64,000 nt of DNA from an uncultured Erysipelotrichaceae bacterium (GTDB lineage: Bacteria > Bacillota_I > Bacilli_A > RF39 > UBA660): contig CADBGE010000001.1 in assembly GCA_902794075.1 (NCBI GenBank), positions 208,137-272,136 on the forward strand, in the 5' to 3' direction. Under the pieces are notes generated by a model. That model worked only from the letters and a program-made list of their open reading frames with translations. It searched no databases and was not told the origin of the DNA. The position numbers were made by a program, and so were the translations under genes. How positions within the stretch are numbered: the first letter of the stretch is position 1; each line of letters begins with the position of its first letter. Shown piece after piece: positions 11,401 to 17,109 of this stretch.

Positions 11401-11885
11401 CTGTTTTATCTGATGATGCTTATTACATGAGGCCTCCAAAGAATACATTATGTCAATTAGTTGGAATCAATGCAGATAATATAACATATTGGAATATTAT
11501 TGAGACACCATTAGCAGAACAAAAAATACCAGATACAATTCTTGAGCATTATGATTGTACAGATGATGTAATTTTATTTGCATATAACTTAGGAGATTAT
11601 TATACTAAAAATAATAATGGAAATGATGTTAAAATAAGTTATTTATGCACACGAGCAGATGATTATGATGGTTTTCTGCCAATACGTAGAGTTACCTTTG
11701 AAGGCGGAAACGGAACTGATGCGGACGATGTTTGGGTAGAATATACTTTTTTAACATATTTACAAAGTGATTCATCTAAACATACTACTAATGGCGCATA
11801 TGCTAATTTGGGTTTTTTGAGATATGTTAAGGATGAGTATAAGTCTTGGCGACCAGAAGGAGAATCAGTAAATCCAAATTCATAA
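2418..11885 (+). CDS. Giant (3155 aa) repeat-containing virion protein, putative tail fibre / adhesin
   Basis: Single uninterrupted ORF. About 10 iterations of W(S/T)xP...G(E/A)DG.DG.GVEYIY(Y/A): short collagen-like Gly-X-Y runs followed by an EYIY strand, e.g. YGENGIDGDGVEYIYAV, YGEDGVDGDGVEYIYYL, GADGQPGKDGDDLEFIYHV. The C-terminal region resembles fibre tips. Confidence 0.8.
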   Translation: MAKTEDKSNKLYGTGVGENNITPTTNNLTNIGSKITSLNPGDEYAMIDAFNIDWESGEYKYSDDSDDIIHSTGHFVEIVKQKAAEGGADVWDDIKVSNYITSQIIIYATSNVKTPPECDFSGEPININNYDKQVYANLPEGWVESLDNVESNYYVFQTSVYEVRTLNNERIGYHEPIGEVIYLLGENGINGNFKSTVFCRTNETPVAPKQGAYYNTGLPSDIKVYRDNNSSQESEISNAEWSDGIPEGQEILWASTAIISDNNGSEDETAVWTTPRQMTDTATYDVEFSPYSNSNNTAPLTLPSDNDNENGNRHNTSLSRNQRWFDLTLDNELRNGISNVDENGQIPISGGNKPTWKSMIWRAERECINGVWSNWTISRIKGEQGTAGIKGDFKSTVFKRSENMPDRPSDNDGTYNNPVPSGWSDGIPNGIGPVWSTWRTFSVNDNNSSWTTPTLVADTPTYDVEFSQLQSEYGNPTDNPNNWFDPTKDTLPEDITWEDMIWRAERNRATSQDEWSEWVITKIKGEDGTIGLNSPYFEQRWGVFDKTITPTAPDNNAITLNTDHTTWKLTPQYTPGKNTWMTARKVIYTINNNEQSAQYDEDSTWSTPMRMSGVDGVSQPIQPVLKYQWTASNIVTPQLDQNGNTENPGNAWKEAPGNPTSTNKYLWMIQGQRQNGSMITWDANSDETVGTNEYWTSPVCLSGADGQPGKDGDDLEFIYHVYDEVPAFSNDNNNPAYWEVSSQDNYLGPENNKWNNNPTGVTITDKYEYCSYRRKTGNPKAWTKFSMPFPWSIYGENGIDGDGVEYIYAVTPTDTAPTQPEITSDNYTSSQQSEWGVDENINGVIWHDDPQQLNNENQKYQWVSVRKYRYPKQNETLGGNALDHNKKYWFNYSTPQLWNWYINNGTNAPRIVMAYKRTSSNDISSLYSVGTTDILYPNDGHIWISGEHSYDQNWCESPGNNTQDTGDEFLWMIQAYYTNVENNVRANGGTFNKYTLEGSWSTPICLTGEPGHEGEDGSDIEFIYYRTADDNKVPTVPDSENFEDGQYNESDWPFVNLKRTHDEITNSSVFDSTITKDGIKYLINDNKYDILEDETIYNSYSDNFTQIPSDMLHDVWTDNPLGVTSTYDYEYAAVRRKPAGSNSQWGEFSPVFLWSKYGEDGVDGDGVEYIYYLSSDENEVTFDALSETSNNSSNNPANWEISQNPEYIANNGWTDDPSGVSIDNRWEYVSVRHKRFDAESNTTTWGKYSEPSLWAHFAVDGLATNLVLESDNDNITVGITSEGTINNNYSDSVNFTLVFNTRPLNLDTDYTLKILTEPTPSGESNYNPFGTKTDTTIPFNNDLFQGNFASLTNNTLTVNIPEGFDMSQYDYIMSITLEAKIIRNDIDGLEIDTPAIFTLKISGVELSINDIYKLNIDRQVIKLDPNDQKYDTLNISLKSLTSVNSITENSEATDKHLYIRYNISERNNIDPDGNLINVNNYYIPIGDYTPDKHYNKHTFRLYYILDDSFFDEPRFDYKLTDNVLNAHGAVLLDTETISAVWDGANGNPGTDSKSQEYIYFVTDDISYFESGNHANINPNNWDTHENVIINNVSYYAYLTDDFPFVNGQTTYLGWEDTHIGISEEHPYQFMSTREYNTTTKEWGKFSSPECSHNWGHSGEDGDGVEYIYYLNDSATFNGDKPQTWYNDTNYQNSEYIKTNTNWTDNPSGVSENKKYEWISVRKYKYECPSDILWNAILKEGIYNVDEWQKFENDFNINSYNTKQAFTSKYEEEGSPISFQDVGNDNSNIKQFLEDNHAFSDGNPFWEAIKYVYKLFRTYDELENVFNHTKNKIWSQYSEPTLWAKYGGKGATGDTGGSGLTFDFDNPSIQIAVNSNGKIKDYQEVTTYLNVYEGASKISAKDITLSIISNGTHDAFEHSYSDTDKYGYTLFNSNSSNNGTSTYYTWKIGDVDIDNIGNNNIVQLTENSSIEFNISYKGNDYVKRVSLVPIKYGEDGANAVVFDLYCPTSVIHYNAMDNTPSFNPTTISDIKVRKIENSNVEYKITEGNNENENGFSISYYMEFPLATSQATGGNAGEIGGSIVRPKSSPQMAAKNISGYIYNETLDINDKINNALNDDKNYDIPKTVKLSLYHTESDTTALWDETDLEIIYDGINGVDGRYEEYIYYCPQNSNQINWTTINDALNPTTWAANSTNKDNEKLSDVDDFIKSGQEENWYDHPTGVDETHVYEYFAHRTFNKTTGKWNIYDTVGIWSHWGSDGKDGDGVEYIYAVGNNSDWKTAIGWSDGAIQNADRDPRRWILFKGGNQSTLSTIAWNDNYQTTEYHRTDSNFSTVWEDDPIKNLSEGYYQFCSTRKYKLLTQEYVNNITISTLQSEFGFISIESTQEKLNTVKSILSSYIGQKIWLPYSEPTIWSSNIPGQPGQKGADAVVLDWTNDQINLAVDENGKIYNGVPQYKSTTLKLLNSGNDLTITDLNCYGDNDYFEINLTNSAGGEGDTIEVNDKINIYSSYSESDKDFTINISIASNFNEDITIPENGLEVTFTVTLSNSKTLTKVLKICGQHIPSDGINGQNAVTYELDVTPNSLSYSSFSPNVNVTINVLKYNGTSVTRLSTSEDFGANNIYFTTSFYDITFEHTVVDTYNQSNSKSIPKTFRGRDIYNTGYVVIKMYYKNDGTYIQIDSETIPVICDGEQGAQGFTGPVVRNCGEYSHSRKYGNGNYNKSNAGPQYDETSILYKDIVSYTNRIGTKFYTPSTSTTYITETNNTYLCKGSAYIVGTYPAPPNTNSINTGWTVATQFDFIATKLLYADQALINQISTHDLIATNKDGYPVAGVTSGSKMYDKNNNEITSYLSTLGTVNYSENAVSSQNDPSNVRIFAGEIWDGNNSYSLTYAPFNVRQDGTAYMSKAIIEGTVTASNLKLKENVNANTLDQKGSFTYWDILNGDRYVPNLNEGEVGLYYILSIYGNSNSNIHIKTPYPGNGIPRNAFFKKSINGKSVLSDDAYYMRPPKNTLCQLVGINADNITYWNIIETPLAEQKIPDTILEHYDCTDDVILFAYNLGDYYTKNNNGNDVKISYLCTRADDYDGFLPIRRVTFEGGNGTDADDVWVEYTFLTYLQSDSSKHTTNGAYANLGFLRYVKDEYKSWRPEGESVNPNS

Positions 11886-11924
11886 GTAAAAAAATAAAAA
11901 ATATAATTTAATTTTATATATAAT

Positions 11925-12410
11925 ATGCCAAATCAAACAGTATATCCACAAATAGATCAACCAACAGTTATTACTGGAGACGGTATGCAAATACCTCTTG
12001 CATGGGGCGGTAAAGCTGGAGGTATATCATTTAATAAAATAGCAATACCACCTGGATTAACATTACATAAAATAGTTATACATTATTCAAAAAATAATGG
12101 TATTGGGTCAATTGATGGATTTCCAATTCACACAACTTATGTAATGCCAAATGCAGCATTTGCTGCTAGTGGAATTGCTGTAGAAAATGTTCCAACTGGC
12201 GGATATTCTCAAAGCAAATATATATCTTATATAGATTTATCAAATATTAATTCTTTTATGAATGAACAGGCTGATAATATAAATAAAATAACTCAAGAAG
12301 AATCAATAATTGATGCAGCAGGGGCATTATATGCAGCAGATAGTTGGGTTACAACAAATACGTTTTATGTAAAAAATGCAGAAACAGTAGACGCAAAGGA
12401 TCCTTCTTAA
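11925..12410 (+). CDS. Hypothetical structural-operon protein (161 aa)
   Basis: Follows the giant gene on the same strand. Ends just before a strong bidirectional terminator. Confidence 0.6.
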   Translation: MPNQTVYPQIDQPTVITGDGMQIPLAWGGKAGGISFNKIAIPPGLTLHKIVIHYSKNNGIGSIDGFPIHTTYVMPNAAFAASGIAVENVPTGGYSQSKYISYIDLSNINSFMNEQADNINKITQEESIIDAAGALYAADSWVTTNTFYVKNAETVDAKDPS

Positions 12411-12450
12411 ATTAATAAGAACTATTAAAAACAGTAACAAAAATTACATA

Positions 12451-12485
12451 AAAAATCCATGGAACTCGAGTTCCATGGATTTTTA
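12451..12485. terminator. Bidirectional rho-independent terminator
   Basis: Perfect palindrome AAAAATCCATGGAACTC|GAGTTCCATGGATTTTT between convergent genes (11925-12410 plus, 12510-13166 minus). A-tract and T-tract on both sides. Confidence 0.8.
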
Positions 12486-12509
12486 GTAAATATTATATAT
12501 CATTAAAAA

Positions 12510-13166
12510 TTATATGTTAATGAAATGCGATTCGTTAATGTTTTCTTTTTCATGATCATCTTCATAAATTTCTTCTTCAGGATTATCTTCATCAATGATT
12601 TTTTCAACATCACCTTCTATTGGTACATTAGTTTCTTCATCTTCTTTATCAACTTCTTCTATAATAACATCGGTTGTTTTATCATCCTTAAGATATGATG
12701 AATTTTTTGAATTATCTTCAAGATAGTTTGCGATCATTGCTGTCATGGCAAGCGCGACAATCGGGAGAACGGCTCCCACTATGTATGTGACTAATACTGT
12801 AGTGACATTATCAGGCAAATCAGTCCAAACAAAGATAGGCTCTTTAAAATATTGAAGATCCCCCACATTGTGCTGCATTAGATACTTATATGAACTAAAA
12901 ACATTACCAATTATTTGAACTAAAGTCAATAAAGTCATTAAAGCCCATGGCATAAATCTACTTCTATCTTTACTTGATGTTAGAATAGCAAATAGCACAG
13001 CAGCCTGTCCAATTTCAAATGCAGTACCAAGCATAATGCTCATACCAGTATTGTTTGCTAATCCAAAAAAACTAAAACTATGTATTAACGATACTAACGC
13101 AACAACTGCATATAGTATCGCAAATAATGTTATATATATGTTTCGTTTTGTAAAAAATTTTTTCAT
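12510..13166 (-). CDS. Integral membrane protein with highly acidic C-terminal tail
   Basis: About 4 hydrophobic helices (LFAILYAVVALVSLI, AAVLFAILTS, LMTLLTLVQIIG, VLPIVALAMTAMIA). The C-terminal 50 aa are D/E-rich. Confidence 0.65.
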   Translation of the reverse strand: MKKFFTKRNIYITLFAILYAVVALVSLIHSFSFFGLANNTGMSIMLGTAFEIGQAAVLFAILTSSKDRSRFMPWALMTLLTLVQIIGNVFSSYKYLMQHNVGDLQYFKEPIFVWTDLPDNVTTVLVTYIVGAVLPIVALAMTAMIANYLEDNSKNSSYLKDDKTTDVIIEEVDKEDEETNVPIEGDVEKIIDEDNPEEEIYEDDHEKENINESHFINI

Positions 13167-13216
13167 TTTAATTTTCTTTAACTTTCCTTAATCTTTTTTA
13201 ATTATTTTTTAACATT

Positions 13217-13309
13217 AACTATGTATCTTAGAACATCCCAGACTATATCCAGATCATCATCCAATGACTTTTTATAATCATTTTAATAAATTATATAGTT
13301 GCTATTTTT
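13217..13309. repeat. 93-bp intergenic element, copy A (second copy at 45160-45252)
   Basis: Aligned by eye with 45160-45252: 89/93 identical. Three of the four differences are C/T at the same position of an iterated TC(C/T)A submotif spaced about 11-12 bp apart. Lies between a gene stop (13324) and the next gene start (13166) on the minus strand. Confidence 0.8.
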
Positions 13310-13323
13310 TAATTCATTAGAAG

Positions 13324-13773
13324 TCATTTAATGAACATTTTTCTTATGTCATCAGGTATTTTTGGCGATCCTTTAAATATATTATTTGTCATACATCCTT
13401 TAGAAAGTTTCCATTTCATAATCCCATCAAGATCCTCAAGTTCAGGACATAAAGAAAACATATTGACCATGTTAAAAATATTTGAAATATCCCATGTATC
13501 AAGTCCAATTATTTGTTCAAGATTTGGACAATTACAGAACATATATTTTGTTTCTGTAAACATAGATGTGTTCCATCCTGTTACATTTATAATTTTAGAT
13601 TCATTTGTTAAGAATTGAAAATCCATTTCTTCAAAGGATCTGTCATTTTCAAAATATATGTCACTTAAATCTAAAATACCATTTTCTGTTGTTCTTTCTT
13701 TAACTATTTTTTGAAATTCAATTTTATTCTTTACACATGTAACACTTTTATAATCTTTATTTATCTTAATCAT
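13324..13773 (-). CDS. DUF285 / BspA-like repeat protein (149 aa)
   Basis: Contains the W-D-(V/I)-S-N...MF..C..(L/F)-x repeat signature (GWNTSMF...MFCNCPNLEQ...LDTWDISNIFNMVNMFSLCPELE), typical of DUF285 surface-protein repeats. Confidence 0.6.
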   Translation of the reverse strand: MIKINKDYKSVTCVKNKIEFQKIVKERTTENGILDLSDIYFENDRSFEEMDFQFLTNESKIINVTGWNTSMFTETKYMFCNCPNLEQIIGLDTWDISNIFNMVNMFSLCPELEDLDGIMKWKLSKGCMTNNIFKGSPKIPDDIRKMFIK

Positions 13774-13787
13774 TCATTTGCCATATT

Positions 13788-14303
13788 TTATTTGTCATAT
13801 TCACATGAATCATATTTGAAAACTATATCTGTGTCATTATATGAATTACTTTCATATGCATTAAAGATTTTGTCTAATGTTTCATCGATATTATCTTCTT
13901 CCTCAATCATTAGTTCAAACTTTGAAAACATCATTTTAAATCTTAGTTTTGTCAATCTAAAAGTAACAATTTTTGATTCATCAGGTGCATCTTTTCCAAG
14001 ATTATCGTCATATATTATATCAACAATGTCTTTCTTATAATCAAGTCTTTGAAAACTATCATATTCAAAATAAGCATCATTAATATATTTTACATTATTT
14101 CTAAAATACTTCTTAGCAATGTCTTGATTACTTGGCATCTGTTCTAATAATAGATCATCTATATATTGATGAATGTCATCTTCTTGAAAAGTCTCAGGAC
14201 AGTTAATAAGAATTTCATCTTTATTGCAGTTATATGTAACTTCAAGATTATTTATTGATTTCTGTTCAAATGCTTCTTTTAAATATGTAACTAAGTTTTT
14301 CAT
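13788..14303 (-). CDS. Hypothetical protein with CTS-like N-terminus (MKNLVTYLKE)
   Basis: ATG-start ORF of 171 aa. N-terminal decapeptide matches the MK.L..Y(I/L).E family signature. Confidence 0.6.
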   Translation of the reverse strand: MKNLVTYLKEAFEQKSINNLEVTYNCNKDEILINCPETFQEDDIHQYIDDLLLEQMPSNQDIAKKYFRNNVKYINDAYFEYDSFQRLDYKKDIVDIIYDDNLGKDAPDESKIVTFRLTKLRFKMMFSKFELMIEEEDNIDETLDKIFNAYESNSYNDTDIVFKYDSCEYDK

Positions 14304-14615
14304 TTAGATTTCTGTAATTCTTTTTCTCTCAAGTTCCTTTTGAACTGAAGCCCTAAGCCCATTGCTTTTGTATGTGTTATTCCAAAAATTATTTGAATCT
14401 TCTAATGAATACCAAAATTCCAATGAATCTGGTTCTGATGTATTTGTTGCTCGAGGCTTAAAAAGATATGCATAATCAATATCCTTTAATGTCTTAAGAG
14501 TATCTAATGCCTCTGATCTTGACTTTACTAATTTTCTATCAATACTTCCGTTTTTTGTTCTATATTCAAGATCATACATATTTATACTTTCTAAAAATTG
14601 TTTTAATGTTTTCAT
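14304..14615 (-). CDS. Hypothetical protein with CTS-like N-terminus (MKTLKQFLES)
   Basis: 103 aa. 4-nt ATGA overlap with the upstream sigma-like gene indicates translational coupling. Confidence 0.6.
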   Translation of the reverse strand: MKTLKQFLESINMYDLEYRTKNGSIDRKLVKSRSEALDTLKTLKDIDYAYLFKPRATNTSEPDSLEFWYSLEDSNNFWNNTYKSNGLRASVQKELERKRITEI

Positions 14616-15790
14616 TCGTCGTCTGAATTATTATTTTTAATGATATCGTTTGTGTTTAGACCGTCCTCAATAAGATCATCATCATGTTCATATTCATGTA
14701 AACATTCCTTCATAAGTTCATAAATCTCTTTCATTTTTGCCATGACAGTCTTATCGTTCTTAATAAAATTGTTTACTGTGTTACAGTAATATGTAACGAG
14801 TGATGGCTGACATCCAATCTTTTCAGCAATTTCTTTATTCTTTAGTTTCTCACGTCCATTAAGACCCATGAATGAATACCAAGCTTCAATGACCTTCTTA
14901 TCAAATTCTTTCTCAAGAATACGATATACATCAGCCCACAACTTGTCAAGATCTTGTTGGTCAAGTGTGCGTTCACCATCGTCTGTTCCTCCTACAAAAT
15001 CAAATAATGACTTCTTGCCACCATCGTCATCTTTACCAACCTTTTTATCGCCACTAATGGTGTTGTTTTTAGTAATAGATCCTTTCTCTTTCTTTTCTTT
15101 ACTGAGAACAGAAATTGGAATACGAACAAGACGTGAAGCATTATTAACTTCAGCAACAATTGCGAAACGTATCATATATGCAGCAAATTGTCCAAATGTA
15201 TATGTCTTTACAGCTTTCTCATCTTCTATATCTTTGTATGCTGATTTCTTTCCGTATGTATTCATTGCGTTAACAAATCCCTCTAATGCAGCGGACTTAA
15301 GCTGTTTGTCATCCAAGTTAACCTTGCCTTCCCATTGATGAATAATCTTGTATATTAGTTTCATATACTTTTGAACTAACGCATTACGTCCTTCTTCACT
15401 CTTAAGGTCAAGAATGATGCTATCGGGTGCTTCCTTACCTGAAATGATTGCATTAAACTGTTCCTTAGTCTGTAGTGTTGGAATCTCAAGAAGTCTGTTG
15501 TTCTTTTCAAGCTTAGACAGTGCTGCATAAAGATCCTTTAATTCTCCAGAGGATGGACGAGGATGAGAATAGAATGATACTAGACAATTGTCATTAGATC
15601 CCTTTCCAAGAGTTTCAACATAAGTTTTGTTGTTCTTAATCATATAATTAATTATGGTCATAGCCTCTTGAGAAAGAAAGTTCTTAGCAATTTCTACATA
15701 TTTCTTCAAATCTTCTACATCAATAAAATTAATTCCATTGTCCTGTACATCAAGTGTTCTACCTTCCAATAATTGAGTAAATTTCTTCAT
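14612..15790 (-). CDS. Sigma-70 family RNA polymerase sigma factor (phage-encoded)
   Basis: Region 2 signature FGQFAAYMIRFAIVAEVNNASRLVRIP (compare F.TYA.WWIRQAI.R.I..Q.R.IRIP). C-terminal region-4-like HTH at EKLKNKEIAEKIGCQPSLVTYYCNTV. Confidence 0.7.
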   Translation of the reverse strand: MKKFTQLLEGRTLDVQDNGINFIDVEDLKKYVEIAKNFLSQEAMTIINYMIKNNKTYVETLGKGSNDNCLVSFYSHPRPSSGELKDLYAALSKLEKNNRLLEIPTLQTKEQFNAIISGKEAPDSIILDLKSEEGRNALVQKYMKLIYKIIHQWEGKVNLDDKQLKSAALEGFVNAMNTYGKKSAYKDIEDEKAVKTYTFGQFAAYMIRFAIVAEVNNASRLVRIPISVLSKEKKEKGSITKNNTISGDKKVGKDDDGGKKSLFDFVGGTDDGERTLDQQDLDKLWADVYRILEKEFDKKVIEAWYSFMGLNGREKLKNKEIAEKIGCQPSLVTYYCNTVNNFIKNDKTVMAKMKEIYELMKECLHEYEHDDDLIEDGLNTNDIIKNNNSDDE

Positions 15791-15895
15791 ATGTTATATA
15801 TATAGTTATTTATTATATTATCTTATTATTTACAATTTGACAGTACAAAAATATAACATTTTTTCGACATATTAAAATTTTTTTATGATTTTTTC

Positions 15896-15926
15896 TTGTT
15901 AAATTTTGTTAAATTTTTGTTAAAGA
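15896..15926. promoter_or_regulatory. Divergent promoter region with three tandem TTGTTAAA(TTTT) units
   Basis: CTTGTTAAATTTTGTTAAATTTTTGTTAAAG lies between divergent genes (sigma-like minus at 15790; plus gene starting 15942/15999). TTTG-containing iterated motif. Confidence 0.4.
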
Positions 15927-15998
15927 AAATGTCATACTGTTTTGAATTTAATGTGCCCGAAATTATATTTTATATATATAAAAATATTATGTAATTTT

Positions 15999-16526
15999 AT
16001 GTTAGGCATTTTTAAGTATGGTATAATATATAGAACATACGATTTCATAAAATCATATATATCTTATAGAAAGACATTACGGAATATAAGGGAAGTTTTT
16101 TATGGAGATGACTTTAAGAATGTCGTACATAGGTATTTAAATGTTGAACTTGACAAGGATTGGCTTGGTCGTTTATATGGTGTGATAAATCCAAATATAG
16201 ATATAAATGGAAATTTTAATGTAGATAACGTAGTAATAGAAATAGATGGCAACAATACTAACACGGATGAATATGTAAAGAATTGGATATATAAACAGTT
16301 AAATCTTATGGGGCAATTGTTTAAAATGAAAAGTTTATATTCAAATATAAATTTGGAAATTGAGCACATTGAGCCAGTTGAGTATGATAATTATTTAATT
16401 GTGTTTGATATTGCTGATAGACCAATAATGGCTGATTCTTTTAAAAAATTATGTAAAACATTTGTGACATATACTATAATAGCAGGAACAACACTTGGCA
16501 TATTATTTGCCATGAATATCATATGA
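15999..16526 (+). CDS. Hypothetical protein with C-terminal TM helix; start uncertain
   Basis: The ORF-track start at 15942 is a TTG and reads through an AT-rich promoter-like leader. The first in-frame ATG giving protein-like sequence is at 15999 (MLGIFKYG...); another ATG lies at 15951. C-terminal hydrophobic segment TYTIIAGTTLGILFAMNII. Confidence 0.5.
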   Translation: MLGIFKYGIIYRTYDFIKSYISYRKTLRNIREVFYGDDFKNVVHRYLNVELDKDWLGRLYGVINPNIDINGNFNVDNVVIEIDGNNTNTDEYVKNWIYKQLNLMGQLFKMKSLYSNINLEIEHIEPVEYDNYLIVFDIADRPIMADSFKKLCKTFVTYTIIAGTTLGILFAMNII

Positions 16527-16555
16527 TAATTATATATAAATAAATTTTAAGTATT

Positions 16556-17044
16556 ATGAGTCTAGACAAACAGAAAGAACTTGATGAATTTAAGAAGAAA
16601 TGTCAGTCAATGACACGAGCAGAACTTGAGGAACTTGAGCAAGAGTATATCAAGAAAGCAGACGAAGTTGACAAGGAAACTGCCGAAGCAATGTTTGAGT
16701 TGCCTACAGAGAATTATAAGAATGTTGCGGCAGGCATTCGAATGTTCCTCAATAAACAAACAATCCAATGGCAGTATACTCTCGGAATGAAGGTACTGTA
16801 TGAGTATTGGAATCCTGATGTACAGCCTAAGGAAATTAATTATCCTACACTTGACAGTACTCTTCGTACAATTGGTGAGCTTCAGTTCACTGGTTATGAT
16901 GAGTGGTGCGCAGTCGTTGACATCAATAAGTTCATGGAACCTCTTCGTGACAAGTATGTTGAAGTTACAGAAAAGGTTTATGATGTAGCAGCTCATCACA
17001 ATATCATTATGGACGAATTGAAGTTAAATACTCCAATGAAGTAA
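16556..17044 (+). CDS. Hypothetical protein (162 aa)
   Basis: Clean ATG ORF followed by a hairpin terminator at 17064-17095. Confidence 0.65.
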   Translation: MSLDKQKELDEFKKKCQSMTRAELEELEQEYIKKADEVDKETAEAMFELPTENYKNVAAGIRMFLNKQTIQWQYTLGMKVLYEYWNPDVQPKEINYPTLDSTLRTIGELQFTGYDEWCAVVDINKFMEPLRDKYVEVTEKVYDVAAHHNIIMDELKLNTPMK

Positions 17045-17063
17045 TTATAATGAATATGTGTAT

Positions 17064-17095
17064 AGAGTGGGTTAGCGATAGCTCACTCTTTTTTA
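17064..17095 (+). terminator. Rho-independent terminator after gene 16556-17044
   Basis: AGAGTGGGTT-AGCGAT-AGCTCACTCT hairpin (10-bp stem including 2 G-U pairs) followed by TTTTTT. It lies inside the ORF-track N-terminus of ORF 17050-18033, showing that start is wrong. Confidence 0.65.
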
Positions 17096-17109
17096 AGATA
17101 ATAAAGAAA

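Noticed and set aside
2418-11885. Interpreting the G-x-x runs of the giant protein as a bona fide collagen domain.
   Set aside because: The Gly triplet runs are only 3-5 triplets long (e.g. GEDGVDGDG), too short for a stable collagen helix. They are better described as collagen-like trimerisation seeds within a beta-rich fibre.
13217-13309. The 93-bp repeat as a coding micro-ORF or phage att site.
   Set aside because: Copy B has an in-frame stop where copy A has an 18-codon ORF. There are only two internal copies 32 kb apart and no flanking integrase, so a regulatory or RNA element is more plausible.
13331-15338. Plus-strand ORFs 13331-13618, 13711-14040 and 14868-15338, which overlap minus-strand genes.
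   Set aside because: They overlap better-supported co-oriented minus-strand genes (DUF285 protein, leader-family genes, sigma factor) and are Ser/Leu/Phe-rich mirror-frame translations.
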